Origin: a virus
Taxonomy: Duplodnaviria; Caudoviricetes
IMG/VR virus record: IMGVR_UViG_3300014208_000946
Coordinates: 1-39,940 of that record
Length of the DNA stretch: 39,940 nucleotides
Reading direction: 5' to 3' (one strand)
The number at the start of each line of letters is the position of its first letter. The first letter of the stretch is position 1. A model generated the notes under the pieces. That model did not search any database, was not told the DNA's origin, and worked only from the letters and a program-made list of their open reading frames with translations. The position numbers were made by a program, and so were the translations under genes. Positions 15,360 through 25,006 of this stretch are shown in pieces.

Positions 15360-16340
15360 TTAAGCGGTTTTTATAATTAGTTTTTTGGCCACATTAAATT
15401 TGGCAAATTCCTCGGCCGAAATTTCGACTATTTTGTCTTTGTCGAATCCCAGCAAAAAGGTGTCCCAATCGCCGATAGGAATTAGCGTATTGCCTGATTG
15501 GGCATAGATGGCCGGCTCGCCTTCTTGTTTAATTGTAATCATATTATCTTGTTTTAATGGCTTTACCATGTAAAGCATTTTATAAGGTATCGGATAGTCC
15601 GCGCTTAACTTTTTGTTGTGCGGATCGTAACTGTCAAAAATATCCTTAATTCCGTCAGGCTCAATAAACAATTTTTCGGTGGCATGCTGGACTTGCTGTT
15701 GGCAGGCAGGCACCGGACTTTGATTGTTCCAGCCCGGGCAAACCGCCGTGCATATTTGCAGAGCGCCTTGTTTAAGAACATGAATTGAAGCTTCATCGCC
15801 ACCAAAAACCCATTGATAGGCAATCTCAAACATTTCCAAACTTTCCTTGGCGCATTGCCTCATTTCGTCAGTCAGGCAAGTCGTATTAAAATACTGCGCG
15901 CGCGTAAGCTCTTGATTGTTCGGCAACATCCATTCGGGGATAAAACCATTTTTCCGCCACCACTGCGCCACGGCGTTTAAATAGGCGCCGTCCTCGGTGG
16001 TGCCGTTCTGAATGGCCGCCCAACGGCTGGATATTCTGATAATGCCGTCCGGGCCGATAAAGCGCCACTTATTAAGCCATGCCAAATGGCTGTCAGGCAG
16101 TCTGTTAATGGCCTTGAGCAGGTTTAGGCATGTTTCTATGCATCCGCCCCCCGACACTGTCACACAAGTCATTTTATCGCCTCCACGGCCGCTCTGGTCC
16201 TCCTCCGCCGGCTTATATGGTCGATTGTCCGCCGAGGGGTTAATTTCCTCAATTTCGTCTGCCTGCCCGGCGATATGATCGGTTGGCAGGGGGGGCGCTA
16301 TCAATACGCCGTTATTTTGATTGATTTTTAATTCTTGCAT
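15360..16340 (-). CDS. Papain-like cysteine peptidase, candidate endolysin
   Basis: Q...C (DQSGRGGDKMTCV), QHA and DSY residues in papain order. Last late gene. Confidence 0.6.
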   Translation of the reverse strand: MQELKINQNNGVLIAPPLPTDHIAGQADEIEEINPSADNRPYKPAEEDQSGRGGDKMTCVTVSGGGCIETCLNLLKAINRLPDSHLAWLNKWRFIGPDGIIRISSRWAAIQNGTTEDGAYLNAVAQWWRKNGFIPEWMLPNNQELTRAQYFNTTCLTDEMRQCAKESLEMFEIAYQWVFGGDEASIHVLKQGALQICTAVCPGWNNQSPVPACQQQVQHATEKLFIEPDGIKDIFDSYDPHNKKLSADYPIPYKMLYMVKPLKQDNMITIKQEGEPAIYAQSGNTLIPIGDWDTFLLGFDKDKIVEISAEEFAKFNVAKKLIIKTA

Positions 16341-16365
16341 ATTTCATGAGATTATTTTTTAAAGT

Positions 16366-16439
16366 AGCCGGCGGGTTTGCTACTATTTTGCATTACGCAA
16401 TTCGTGGTATTTTGCCACAGTTAGCTAATTCCGCCGGCT
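16366..16439 (-). ncRNA. Candidate branched RNA leader of the peptidase gene
   Basis: agccggcgg/ccgccggct outer stem with two inner hairpins (ttgc/gcaa, gtgg/ccac). Confidence 0.5.
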
Positions 16440-17621
16440 TTAAGTATATGTTTCGGGGATGGCTAAAGTAATTTGTTCGTTCAGCTTTTTATCAATATCA
16501 AGGATATAACGATTAATGTCAAATATTTTTTCTGTTTCAATTACCAGCGTGGCCTTGGTCGGCGACCAAATAACCTCCTTAATTATCATATTCTCGTCAA
16601 AAATACTTTCATCGGCATCCACGCCGATTATCCGACAGGTATCGCCCGGCTGGATGCTTTCAATATCATAACCTTTGGCGCTTTCGTTGTTATCAATAAT
16701 TTCCAATTCAATTCTTATTTTCGGGTCTTTGCTTTCGTTGAGTTCGGCATTGCCGATATTATCCATGGTGGTGGCATCCTCAATCTTGCTATCAACCATC
16801 AGTTTTACTCGGCGCCCATATAAACTGATTGAAACATCGTCTTTGTATTCTTTGTAAATAGCCGCGCCATCCCAAACTAAAATAATGTTTTTTATTGAGT
16901 CGGCGCTTTTGCTCGCTTTAATGCTTTTAATGTCTTTGCCTATGACAAAATCGTGGTCGGCGGAACTTGATGGCGCCTTAAAATAAATTTGCCCATCACT
17001 GTCTAAAAACCAATACCAATCTTGCGGGGCGACTCCGCGGCATCTCTCTATGGCCTCTGAATAAGTCAGCGCTTCAAAAGTATAATTCATGTCATTGCCG
17101 GTATCCTCAATGGTCGGTGTGCCTGATAAATTATAATAAATCGGAAAAGTAGTATTAGCCGCGTTAAAATAATCTATAATTTTTTTCAAGACAGTGGCTA
17201 TTTCGGCCGCCGCAATACTGAGTGCTGTTATGGTCAGACCATCCGTTGTTTCAGTGTAAAGCGTGGTTTGCGAACCAGTTTTTAATAAATCATTGTTTAA
17301 TTTTGAAATAATACCAAAACAAACAAGTTCCACATACTCATCGCCTCCGTCAATAATCGGATTTTGCTGTTCAATATAACCATTATATATCATGGTTCCG
17401 GCCAAACCGGTATCCTCGTCATATACCCAAATTTCAATACGATTACCGATGCTGACATCGCTATTTGAATTAAAACTGTCAATTTTTCTGGCCAATTTTA
17501 AGGTTAAATCGCCAATTCCGCCATTAATAACTTTGCTGAAACTGTCAAAAGTCGCATCAGTGATAATTTTGATAAAAGTGCCGGAACTGTTGAATGATTT
17601 TATTGTCAGTGTTTTTGCCAT
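16440..17621 (-). CDS. Tail tip/baseplate hub protein
   Basis: Follows Dit. IGNRIEIW, YNGYIE, SISLYGRR, IQPGDT. Confidence 0.8.
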   Translation of the reverse strand: MAKTLTIKSFNSSGTFIKIITDATFDSFSKVINGGIGDLTLKLARKIDSFNSNSDVSIGNRIEIWVYDEDTGLAGTMIYNGYIEQQNPIIDGGDEYVELVCFGIISKLNNDLLKTGSQTTLYTETTDGLTITALSIAAAEIATVLKKIIDYFNAANTTFPIYYNLSGTPTIEDTGNDMNYTFEALTYSEAIERCRGVAPQDWYWFLDSDGQIYFKAPSSSADHDFVIGKDIKSIKASKSADSIKNIILVWDGAAIYKEYKDDVSISLYGRRVKLMVDSKIEDATTMDNIGNAELNESKDPKIRIELEIIDNNESAKGYDIESIQPGDTCRIIGVDADESIFDENMIIKEVIWSPTKATLVIETEKIFDINRYILDIDKKLNEQITLAIPETYT

Positions 17622-17624
17622 AAT

Positions 17625-18974
17625 CTAAATATATTTTTTCGTGTAGTAGATTTGCCAAACAACGCTGTGGCTGGCCGCTCCGCCATCCACGCCACGATAT
17701 ACTTTAAATTTCATGTCATCTTGTTCCACTGTTCCACCGGCGGCATTGGAAGCGTCAGCATAACCATCCTGCCACGGATCGGCGTTTGATTTTCTAAACA
17801 TGGCTTTGCCGTATAAATATCTGGTGGCGAGATTACTGAAAGTCCAGCGATAAAAGTTGGTTGAATTGGAGCCGGAAATAACACCCGGATTTAGCACTAT
17901 CCAATATCTTTGGCCTTTTTTCAAGAATGGGCGATTGGCATCCGTGCCATCCCAAACGGCATCGGTATTGGTTTCCGCGGCCTGAACATTGGCGTGAGTT
18001 ATTTCGTATTCATTGCCGACATAGATAGGACTTCCCGGCTTTCCGTTGTCATTAGAATAAATTAAAAACTGCATCGGGCCATCCAGTGCGCCTCCATCGT
18101 CTTTAGCCACAGAAACATTAAGTTTATGAATTCGGCCGCTTTGCGATGGGATAAAGCTTTGCGCTTGCCAAGGAGATGAATTCCATCCGCCGTTAACAAA
18201 AATGGCCGTTCCGCTCCCATCATTATTAGTTTGCTCTTGGTCTAAAGTGCTACCTGAACCCAAAACAGTCAATTTCAAATTGTTGGCTCCGATTATCACC
18301 GAGGGGAATTTGCCTCGATAATCAAGGTTGGTCGTCCCATTTTTTTTCACAGTCTGATTTTCCTCATCTATTTCCAAATAATCGGTATCGCTAAACCCAT
18401 CCAAATCCACATCAATATAATCCCCCGTGTCGGTATTTTCTATTCTTATGACATCAGCATTGCCTCTGGTCGTGATGGTTACTTTATGCCGCGGTTTTGG
18501 CTGGTAACTTCCCTCAAAGGTTATCGCCTCAGTATCGGTCGTTGCCGTTATGCCGCTTTTATTTAAAGAAGTGGTTTCCGAGGTATTTTTTCCGTAACCG
18601 AGAGGCACAAAAAATCTAACCTTATAAGGCACATGCATCAGATGATAATGGTCGCGGTCAAATTCATGGGCGACTGCCCGGCAGACATAGCGCCGCGTCC
18701 CGCCCGCCCAGCTAATATCAAGATTTTTGTCTTTTCGGCTGATTAATTCTTTAAAAGCATCTATTTTTGTTTCCAAATCGCTTTGGCTTGAACCAACCAG
18801 TATGCCCTCAATGTCAATATATTTAACCGAATAAGTGTCGTCAATAATAATCTCGCCGTCTTGCCGGGCCAGTTTAAGAGAATTGATAAGACGCTCCGCC
18901 ACTGTTTCATGTTTGGCGAATCTTGGAATATATGTGGCACTTACCAATTCGGTGCTATCGTAAGTTATTGACAT
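17625..18974 (-). CDS. Distal tail protein (Dit) with inserted beta-sandwich domain
   Basis: Follows TMP. Dit-like core (LEIDEENQTV, GKFP..GANNL) interrupted before the last strand by about 190 aa. Confidence 0.8.
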   Translation of the reverse strand: MSITYDSTELVSATYIPRFAKHETVAERLINSLKLARQDGEIIIDDTYSVKYIDIEGILVGSSQSDLETKIDAFKELISRKDKNLDISWAGGTRRYVCRAVAHEFDRDHYHLMHVPYKVRFFVPLGYGKNTSETTSLNKSGITATTDTEAITFEGSYQPKPRHKVTITTRGNADVIRIENTDTGDYIDVDLDGFSDTDYLEIDEENQTVKKNGTTNLDYRGKFPSVIIGANNLKLTVLGSGSTLDQEQTNNDGSGTAIFVNGGWNSSPWQAQSFIPSQSGRIHKLNVSVAKDDGGALDGPMQFLIYSNDNGKPGSPIYVGNEYEITHANVQAAETNTDAVWDGTDANRPFLKKGQRYWIVLNPGVISGSNSTNFYRWTFSNLATRYLYGKAMFRKSNADPWQDGYADASNAAGGTVEQDDMKFKVYRGVDGGAASHSVVWQIYYTKKYI

Positions 18975-18975
18975 A

Positions 18976-20553
18976 TTAATTGGCTAATCTGTTAAAATTC
19001 ATAGCCTTGTTTAATTCTGATTTTATTCTTGTGATAAAATCTTTGTCAGTCATGGTCGCTCCTCGCAAATCAAATATCATGGTTAATCCCTCATTTTTCC
19101 CGGGAGGCGTGATTCTCTCGCCACCATGCACCATGGCCATAGTCGGCGAACCTTTCGGCCCGGGAACGACTCCGCCATCGGCAAATCCCAGCAATGGATT
19201 GTATTTAAGTAATGGATTATTTCTTGACGAGCTTTTTAAAGATTCGGCCTTGCTCGACATTGAAGAAATAATCTCGGTGGCATTTTTAATTGGCGCTGTC
19301 ACCAAAGCATTGGCCTTTGTCGATGTGTTATAAACCGCTCCTCGAGCAAAAGCATCAATGTTTTCCTCTGATTTTACGATAACATTAAGCGCTCCTTTTA
19401 AATTTCCTTGGCCAAGCAACGACATTGCTTGGACTAATGCCGTTATTCTTTGCAAGGCTCTATTAATCGCCGGCAAAAATGTTGAACCAAGCGTAACTGA
19501 CAAAGCATCAATATTATTTTTAAATAATTGCATTTGCATGGCCGTGGTTTCAGAAGCCGCTCCGAATTCTATCGCCAACGAAGTATTATCAGACCATTGA
19601 GTTTTAGAAGTTTTTAACCCGGAATTTAACTGGTCAAGATTGCCGGTTAATTTGGTCATAACTTTTCCGCCGATTTGCCCAAATACTTCAATGGCCGCCA
19701 AATTCTTATCGGTTGACGATGGTATTTTTTCAAGCCCTTTAATCACATCCATCACGGCCGATAAAGCATTTTCATCCAAACTTTTTTTAAATTCCGCTGA
19801 TGATTTTCCTGCTAATTTGGCCGCATCATCAAGATGCTTCTGCATGTAAATAATCGCCGAGCTGACGCGCGTGCCGGCATCATAGCCATCCTCACCCAAT
19901 GACACCAAAGTCGCACCAAGCGCGGCCACCTGCCACGCCGTTATTTTCATCATCGAAGCGGCACCACCGACATTTTGCGTAAACTTGGATATTTCGGAAG
20001 CATTGGCGGCGGTTGTGTTTGATAATTCATTCCATACCGATAATAAATTTTCGCTTTGCTTGACAGTCAGCCTAAAAACATTTTGCGCCTTGGCGACCAC
20101 CAAAGCGATTTCCTCCGCTCCTCCCGAGAATTCAGGCAGGGCCACAGTCGCTTTAGCGATTATGTCCGTAAAGTCTTTGATGTTTTTGGTTCCTTGAATG
20201 CCTAATTGCCCGGCCACGGCCGCAATATCGGCAAGATTGCCGGCGGCGACTGGCAAAGTTTTGCTCATATCTAAAATTTCCTTGCCGAATGCTTTTGTTT
20301 CTGTGGCGCTAAGTCCTGTCGTTTTTCTGACTTCGCTCATTTTTGATTCAAAAGCCACGGCCGCTTTGACCGCATCTACACCTATTTTAATTGCCATACC
20401 GGCGGCCGCCACGCCTAAACCGGCCATAGCTACTCCTGCCAGACTTCCAGAATTTCCGACTTTATTAAGCATGCCCGCTAAATTTTGAAGCGGACCGCTT
20501 GCTTGGTCTTTGGCCTTAACGACTACATTAAGGGTGCTGTCTGTTGATGCCAT
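18976..20553 (-). CDS. Tape measure protein (TP901-type core)
   Basis: VKAKDQAS, FESKMSEVRKTT, AAVAGQLGI, FADGGVVPG...VHGGE. Start MASTDS at 20553. Confidence 0.95.
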   Translation of the reverse strand: MASTDSTLNVVVKAKDQASGPLQNLAGMLNKVGNSGSLAGVAMAGLGVAAAGMAIKIGVDAVKAAVAFESKMSEVRKTTGLSATETKAFGKEILDMSKTLPVAAGNLADIAAVAGQLGIQGTKNIKDFTDIIAKATVALPEFSGGAEEIALVVAKAQNVFRLTVKQSENLLSVWNELSNTTAANASEISKFTQNVGGAASMMKITAWQVAALGATLVSLGEDGYDAGTRVSSAIIYMQKHLDDAAKLAGKSSAEFKKSLDENALSAVMDVIKGLEKIPSSTDKNLAAIEVFGQIGGKVMTKLTGNLDQLNSGLKTSKTQWSDNTSLAIEFGAASETTAMQMQLFKNNIDALSVTLGSTFLPAINRALQRITALVQAMSLLGQGNLKGALNVIVKSEENIDAFARGAVYNTSTKANALVTAPIKNATEIISSMSSKAESLKSSSRNNPLLKYNPLLGFADGGVVPGPKGSPTMAMVHGGERITPPGKNEGLTMIFDLRGATMTDKDFITRIKSELNKAMNFNRLAN

Positions 20554-21048
20554 TTCCCTTATTTTTCCATTCCGAGTAATCAGCTTCAATGCTTATAATA
20601 CTCATGATGGATTTTATAAATTCAAAAGATGTTTCTCTTATTTCTTGCTCCGTCCAGCCAAATTTTTCTGCCAGTCTGAACATAACAAATTCAGGCGGAA
20701 TTTCATCGGCCGTTCCCTCAAGAGTTTGGATTATTCGGATGCTAAAGTTTTTTTTTCCTCCACGCCTTTAGTAAAAGATTTATTGATTTCCGTGATTAAA
20801 AAGTCGCCATCAGCAAAACTTAATTTTCTAAAACTATCTTTATTGATTGGCAATGGCTGTCCGGCTTCATCAGTTAAATCCCAACCGGTAATTAAAAAAG
20901 CGGCAAGAGCTAAATCATCAGTCTTGTCGGCTTCGGTTTTGCCCCAGTCAAGAATAACGCCATAAGTCATTCTTTCTAAAAATTTAACCTTGGCTCCCGA
21001 TTCGGGCAATGTAATTTCTCGTTCCTCGATGTTTTTAATAATAGGCAT
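20528..21048 (-). CDS. Tail assembly chaperone G (20731-21048) and -1 frameshift product GT
   Basis: A9 slippery run at 20748-20756 (EEKKT). The -1 frame reads NFSIRII...LAEKFGWTEQEI...QHP* to 20528. Confidence 0.88.
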
Positions 21049-21065
21049 ATGTTTTGTGTTTTATC

Positions 21066-21120
21066 GCAAAATGGAGGGATTACTAAGAGAAACACCACCC
21101 CGTTCATCCCTCCGCCTTGC
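21066..21120 (-). other. Long hairpin after the tail tube gene
   Basis: GCAAGGCGGAGGGAT/ATCCCTCCATTTTGC. G-U pairs work on the minus strand. Confidence 0.6.
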
Positions 21121-21122
21121 TT

Positions 21123-22358
21123 TTAATTATAAGTTGCCGCGGCCACATCATTGATTACTGTGACGGCCATTCCTTGAGCATCCGAAGCATCAAATTGCGG
21201 TGAATAGTCTTGGTCCAAGTAGATTATTTCCCCGGTGGTCAAAGGCACTGGCGAAGTCTTGAGTTTCATGTTGTTGATAGTGATGCGCAGTTCGTTTCTA
21301 TCGGAGCCACTAATAATCGCGCCCAATATTCTGATGACTAAAGCTCGCTTGGATATTGAGATAAAGCGTTCGTATTCCTTGTAATCGTTGAAAGACTTTT
21401 TAATTTTAACAGTCATATCGCCTTGCTTTCGCACTAAGGCGGCCGGGTCTACGCTTCCTGATCGTTTAGCTCCCTCGGGCGCTTCAAATTCGTGGATAAT
21501 TTCAAATGAGCTTCCTTTTTCCACATTTTCTTGGATGGCCGTCAAAGCGGCGGCCGCCGTGGCTCCGAATCTGAATTGAGTGCCTGACCATTTGAGTGGT
21601 TCGCCCAATGTATAAGTCGGCGTTTGCTTTTTAATGTAGCAATAATCGCCAGCCGCATAGGTTCCGACAATCGCGCCAGTCGTTATCTGCGTGCCATTGG
21701 CGTTAACCGCGCTAACCACGACTTCCTCGTAAGTATCCGATGTCGCGCCGGTAACTTTGACTAAAACCAGCGTGTCGCCTGCTACAATGCCTTTGTTCGG
21801 GGCATCGTCATAATCGGTGGCCAAAGTAACATTATTGGCGGCGCTTCCCGAGGCTGTGCTTATCGGAGCCACGCTGAATTGGCTCAAGGCGCTGACAGTC
21901 AATTCCAGTTTAAGTGTGTTTTCCTCAAATATTGGAGCAATCTTGGAAATCTCTACACCAGAATATCTGAATACGACATCGCCTTTCAAAATTTCAATGG
22001 TATAGGATTTTGATACTGGCGTGTCATTGTCCAGCGTGAACGGATGCGTATAAACGCTTCCCGAAACTGTAGTCGTGCCTTTTTTCAAAAGCATGTTTAA
22101 AAAGTGGGGCAAAGTCTTTGGCTCGCACAGCACTTTAATCGTGCCTTGATGGTCGCGCTGGCCCTTAAAATTAAAATATCGGGCAAAGCGGTTCCCCATG
22201 ATGGGCGAGTCCATATCAAGATTGATATTGGTCGATAAGCTTTCCTCATACATCGGAATGGCCACAGTCGGAATGACCGGCGTGCCTTTCGTGGTTTCCT
22301 TGCCGATTAAAAGATAGCCGATATTGGCTAAGCGATCCTTTCTTGTAAAATCAGTCAT
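21123..22358 (-). CDS. Major tail tube protein with inserted domain
   Basis: IGKETTKGT, YTHPFT, SYTIE. Position before the chaperone and TMP. Confidence 0.88.
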   Translation of the reverse strand: MTDFTRKDRLANIGYLLIGKETTKGTPVIPTVAIPMYEESLSTNINLDMDSPIMGNRFARYFNFKGQRDHQGTIKVLCEPKTLPHFLNMLLKKGTTTVSGSVYTHPFTLDNDTPVSKSYTIEILKGDVVFRYSGVEISKIAPIFEENTLKLELTVSALSQFSVAPISTASGSAANNVTLATDYDDAPNKGIVAGDTLVLVKVTGATSDTYEEVVVSAVNANGTQITTGAIVGTYAAGDYCYIKKQTPTYTLGEPLKWSGTQFRFGATAAAALTAIQENVEKGSSFEIIHEFEAPEGAKRSGSVDPAALVRKQGDMTVKIKKSFNDYKEYERFISISKRALVIRILGAIISGSDRNELRITINNMKLKTSPVPLTTGEIIYLDQDYSPQFDASDAQGMAVTVINDVAAATYN

Positions 22359-22370
22359 ATTTTTGTTTGT

Positions 22371-22844
22371 TTATTGCCTACTGGCAACATTGACAAAATC
22401 ATTAATTGTTATAGTTATTTCAGCTTCCTCGGCGATGACTTCGCCTCGTTCGCTTATAAAAAATTCAATAGTTTCGTTTTGGTCCTGAATTGAATCGCCC
22501 AGCGTGAAGTATGTTCTTAAAACTCCCATGATGCTTGTCGGTTCGTAATCATTGTCGGCGGTTCGCCCCATGATAATATCGGCCATTGTCCTTTGCAAAA
22601 CCACTTCATCGGGAGTTTTGCCAATTTCGTCTTTTTTGCTCATGACCAATTTTATTGAAAAAACAACGCTAATTTTGTCTAAACCTGTCGCCCCCTGCGA
22701 AACTGTAGCCGATTTATTCTCAATGATAACAGCCGGCATATTCGAAATTGGGATAACCAGCGGATCGCCATAATAAAACGCCTTGACTCTTTTATCGGCA
22801 TAATCTTTTAAATATTTAAGTAATTTGTCGGCAATAGTGGTCAT
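22371..22844 (-). CDS. Tail terminator/completion protein
   Basis: Synteny and FYYGDP...MPAVII. Confidence 0.65.
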   Translation of the reverse strand: MTTIADKLLKYLKDYADKRVKAFYYGDPLVIPISNMPAVIIENKSATVSQGATGLDKISVVFSIKLVMSKKDEIGKTPDEVVLQRTMADIIMGRTADNDYEPTSIMGVLRTYFTLGDSIQDQNETIEFFISERGEVIAEEAEITITINDFVNVASRQ

Positions 22845-23254
22845 GTGTTTGCGGCCTCGATAATGGCCTTTTGAAATTCTTTAACGATGGTCTGCTTTCG
22901 GGTTTCGTCTAATTTCATCATCACGCGCCTCGGAAGTTTGCGCCTCGGCAGTCGACTTTGATGGTATTTAAAATATGGCGCGGTATTGGTTACAAGGACA
23001 TAATCCTTGCCCTCTTTGTGAATAAAGCTGTTTCTCATCCTGCCCGAGCGTTGCAGTTTGTTGTAATACTTCCCAGAGGCCCAATTTTCGCCAAAAACGC
23101 TTCCCTCCGTGTTGAAAACATCATTTTTAAAGAAATATACGAGATAGGTGCCGATGTTCTTAAAAACGCCCTTAAAGTTCTTTATTGTGGATGTTATATT
23201 CCTGATTCTGCGAGCCAGCTGGACTTCCCCCTCGATTTCAAATGATATTTGCAT
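22841..23254 (-). CDS. Virion morphogenesis (tail completion, gpS/gpG-like) protein
   Basis: F.TEG....W, LQRSGRMRNS, YFKYHQ, LPRR. Confidence 0.85.
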   Translation of the reverse strand: MQISFEIEGEVQLARRIRNITSTIKNFKGVFKNIGTYLVYFFKNDVFNTEGSVFGENWASGKYYNKLQRSGRMRNSFIHKEGKDYVLVTNTAPYFKYHQSRLPRRKLPRRVMMKLDETRKQTIVKEFQKAIIEAANT

Positions 23255-23255
23255 A

Positions 23256-24215
23256 TTACCAAGTCATTCCGATACCAAAAATATAATTTTCATCATCCTC
23301 GTGATTTTCATCGGGGATACTGGCAAAAGAATTATTAGGGTATCCCTCGATGCTGGATGTGTCGGTTCTTGTCAACGGATTATTATCGCTTCCAAGTAAA
23401 ACTAATTTGCCGGCGCGAATGTCTTTAAGCATCGAGCGCGCCTCTTTTATTTTTTCCATGCCATCCTTGCTGGTGCCGGTGCCTCGCTCATCCGGGAATT
23501 CTTGCCACATCAGCCACCCGGCGGACAATAGCATACAAATTTGCCTGACCATTTCTTGGCCCGGACTGTCCGACCAATAACTATTGCTGGAAATAGGCAC
23601 GCTGTATCGCGATATTAAGCTGGCGTTTATTTCCCCCTCCGCGCGCGCGCGCACCCTGAATATCCGCTCATCGGAAATATTGTCGTTGTTATTAAATCCG
23701 GCTTCCTCTCTGATTTCAAATAAATTACAGAAGTGAGTTCCGCCTCCGCCATAGACCGCCTTAGCATCGTCTTGGCTTGTTTCCGTTCCACTATGGGAAT
23801 TGTAGTATGTCGCCTTATAAAGCGCCGTAGATGCCCCTGAGAAGTCATTATAAAGCGTTCCCTCGGGGCGGTCGACCTCGATGTCGACTGTGGCGATTAA
23901 AGTGTAAGCGCTTTCACTTGACAGTTTGCGATAAATTCGGCGTTTGTCATAGAAATATTTAACAATTTCCTCAAATTGCTCATGGACAAACTTGGTTGCC
24001 ACTGCCAAAGTAACATTTTTTTGGTCGACATTGACTGTCGATATTTTTTTAAGTTCGGATTGCTCGGCCCCCTCCCTGCCTACGCAAATAAAGTCATTGG
24101 CCACAATCCCTTGATTGTTTTCAAATTCCAAGGCGGTGCCGGCGGCCGCTTGCGCGTTCAGCCGTGTTTTTTCGCCTCGGTTTAAATCCTCGTTTGGAAT
24201 AATGAGTGTTATCAT
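23256..24215 (-). CDS. Head-tail adaptor (Mu gp36-like C-domain) with extra N-terminal domain
   Basis: AEGEINASLISRYSVPI, ARSMLKDIRAGKL.L. Confidence 0.7.
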   Translation of the reverse strand: MITLIIPNEDLNRGEKTRLNAQAAAGTALEFENNQGIVANDFICVGREGAEQSELKKISTVNVDQKNVTLAVATKFVHEQFEEIVKYFYDKRRIYRKLSSESAYTLIATVDIEVDRPEGTLYNDFSGASTALYKATYYNSHSGTETSQDDAKAVYGGGGTHFCNLFEIREEAGFNNNDNISDERIFRVRARAEGEINASLISRYSVPISSNSYWSDSPGQEMVRQICMLLSAGWLMWQEFPDERGTGTSKDGMEKIKEARSMLKDIRAGKLVLLGSDNNPLTRTDTSSIEGYPNNSFASIPDENHEDDENYIFGIGMTW

Positions 24216-24221
24216 ACCGGC

Positions 24222-24250
24222 ATTATAACATTTTTATTTTTTGACCGCAA
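24222..24250 (-). promoter_or_regulatory. Internal promoter for neck/tail genes, probably leaderless
   Basis: TTGCGG-17-TATAAT with extended TG. ATG follows 6 nt after the -10 box. Confidence 0.7.
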
Positions 24251-24694
24251 TTATTTCAGTTTGTCGTCAATAAATTTATTTAATTTAGCCTCTATTTTAA
24301 TTGCGTATTTAAAGCCGAGCAGGGCGGAATTCTCAAAAATTGATTTTATCTCGGTAACGACTATCAGCATTTCCACCAATTCGTCAAACCATTGCGGTAT
24401 GTATTGCAGGCGGATGGCTTGATGCGCGGCGATTAAAAGCGTCAGATAAAACAACATTTTATAAAGCGTTCGAGAAAATCTGAATGATGTAAAATTCTTA
24501 TTTTTAATGGCATTGGCTCCGCCCAGCACTAAATCGACTAAAATCAAATAAGCCAAAACTTCTATGACCAAATAATCATACCCCACGGAATACATAATAA
24601 AACCGCAAATCGCGGATAAAAATGTTTTAATGGCAAATCCGTCAAAAAAAGACTGGACAACATGAAAAAAATGATCTCGAGCTTTATCTCGCAT
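24251..24694 (-). CDS. Holin (phage holin 4-like)
   Basis: LILVDLVLG...TSFRF...K...Y, TEIKSIFEN..LLG. Start MRDKAR at 24694. Confidence 0.85.
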   Translation of the reverse strand: MRDKARDHFFHVVQSFFDGFAIKTFLSAICGFIMYSVGYDYLVIEVLAYLILVDLVLGGANAIKNKNFTSFRFSRTLYKMLFYLTLLIAAHQAIRLQYIPQWFDELVEMLIVVTEIKSIFENSALLGFKYAIKIEAKLNKFIDDKLK

Positions 24695-24698
24695 ATTA

Positions 24699-24794
24699 TT
24701 ATCTAAGGCTAAAAATGGCGCAATCAACAAAAGTCAAAAGTGGCAGTAAAAGCACCAAAGCCACAATTGCCAAAAATTGTAAAATTATTTTCAT
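24699..24794 (-). CDS. 31-aa hydrophobic peptide (not in ORF track)
   Basis: MKIILQFLAIVALVLLLPLLTFVDCAIFSLR*, with an ATGA overlap upstream. Confidence 0.6.
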   Translation of the reverse strand: MKIILQFLAIVALVLLLPLLTFVDCAIFSLR

Positions 24795-25006
24795 TTGGTT
24801 TTATATTTATTGTGCAAGGCCTTGCTGATTTCGCCGAGAACCAAGCCCAAGGCGATGGTCGCTTCCGGGCCTAAATTAAACCCGGCCAAATTCTGCAAGA
24901 CAAAATCAATGCCGGCCGCCAGCATCATCATGCCAAGCCTCCAGCAAAAAGAACGCACGCGCTTGCTTAACAAAAAAGCCTTTAGCTTTTCAATTATGTT
25001 TTTCAT
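24791..25006 (-). CDS. Small two-TM holin-like protein
   Basis: SKRVRSFCWR...GLVLGEISKAL. Confidence 0.65.
   Translation of the reverse strand: MKNIIEKLKAFLLSKRVRSFCWRLGMMMLAAGIDFVLQNLAGFNLGPEATIALGLVLGEISKALHNKYKTK

Noticed and set aside
16289-16295. G7 run in the peptidase gene as a phase-variable tract
   Set aside because: Short, in frame and explained by Pro codons.
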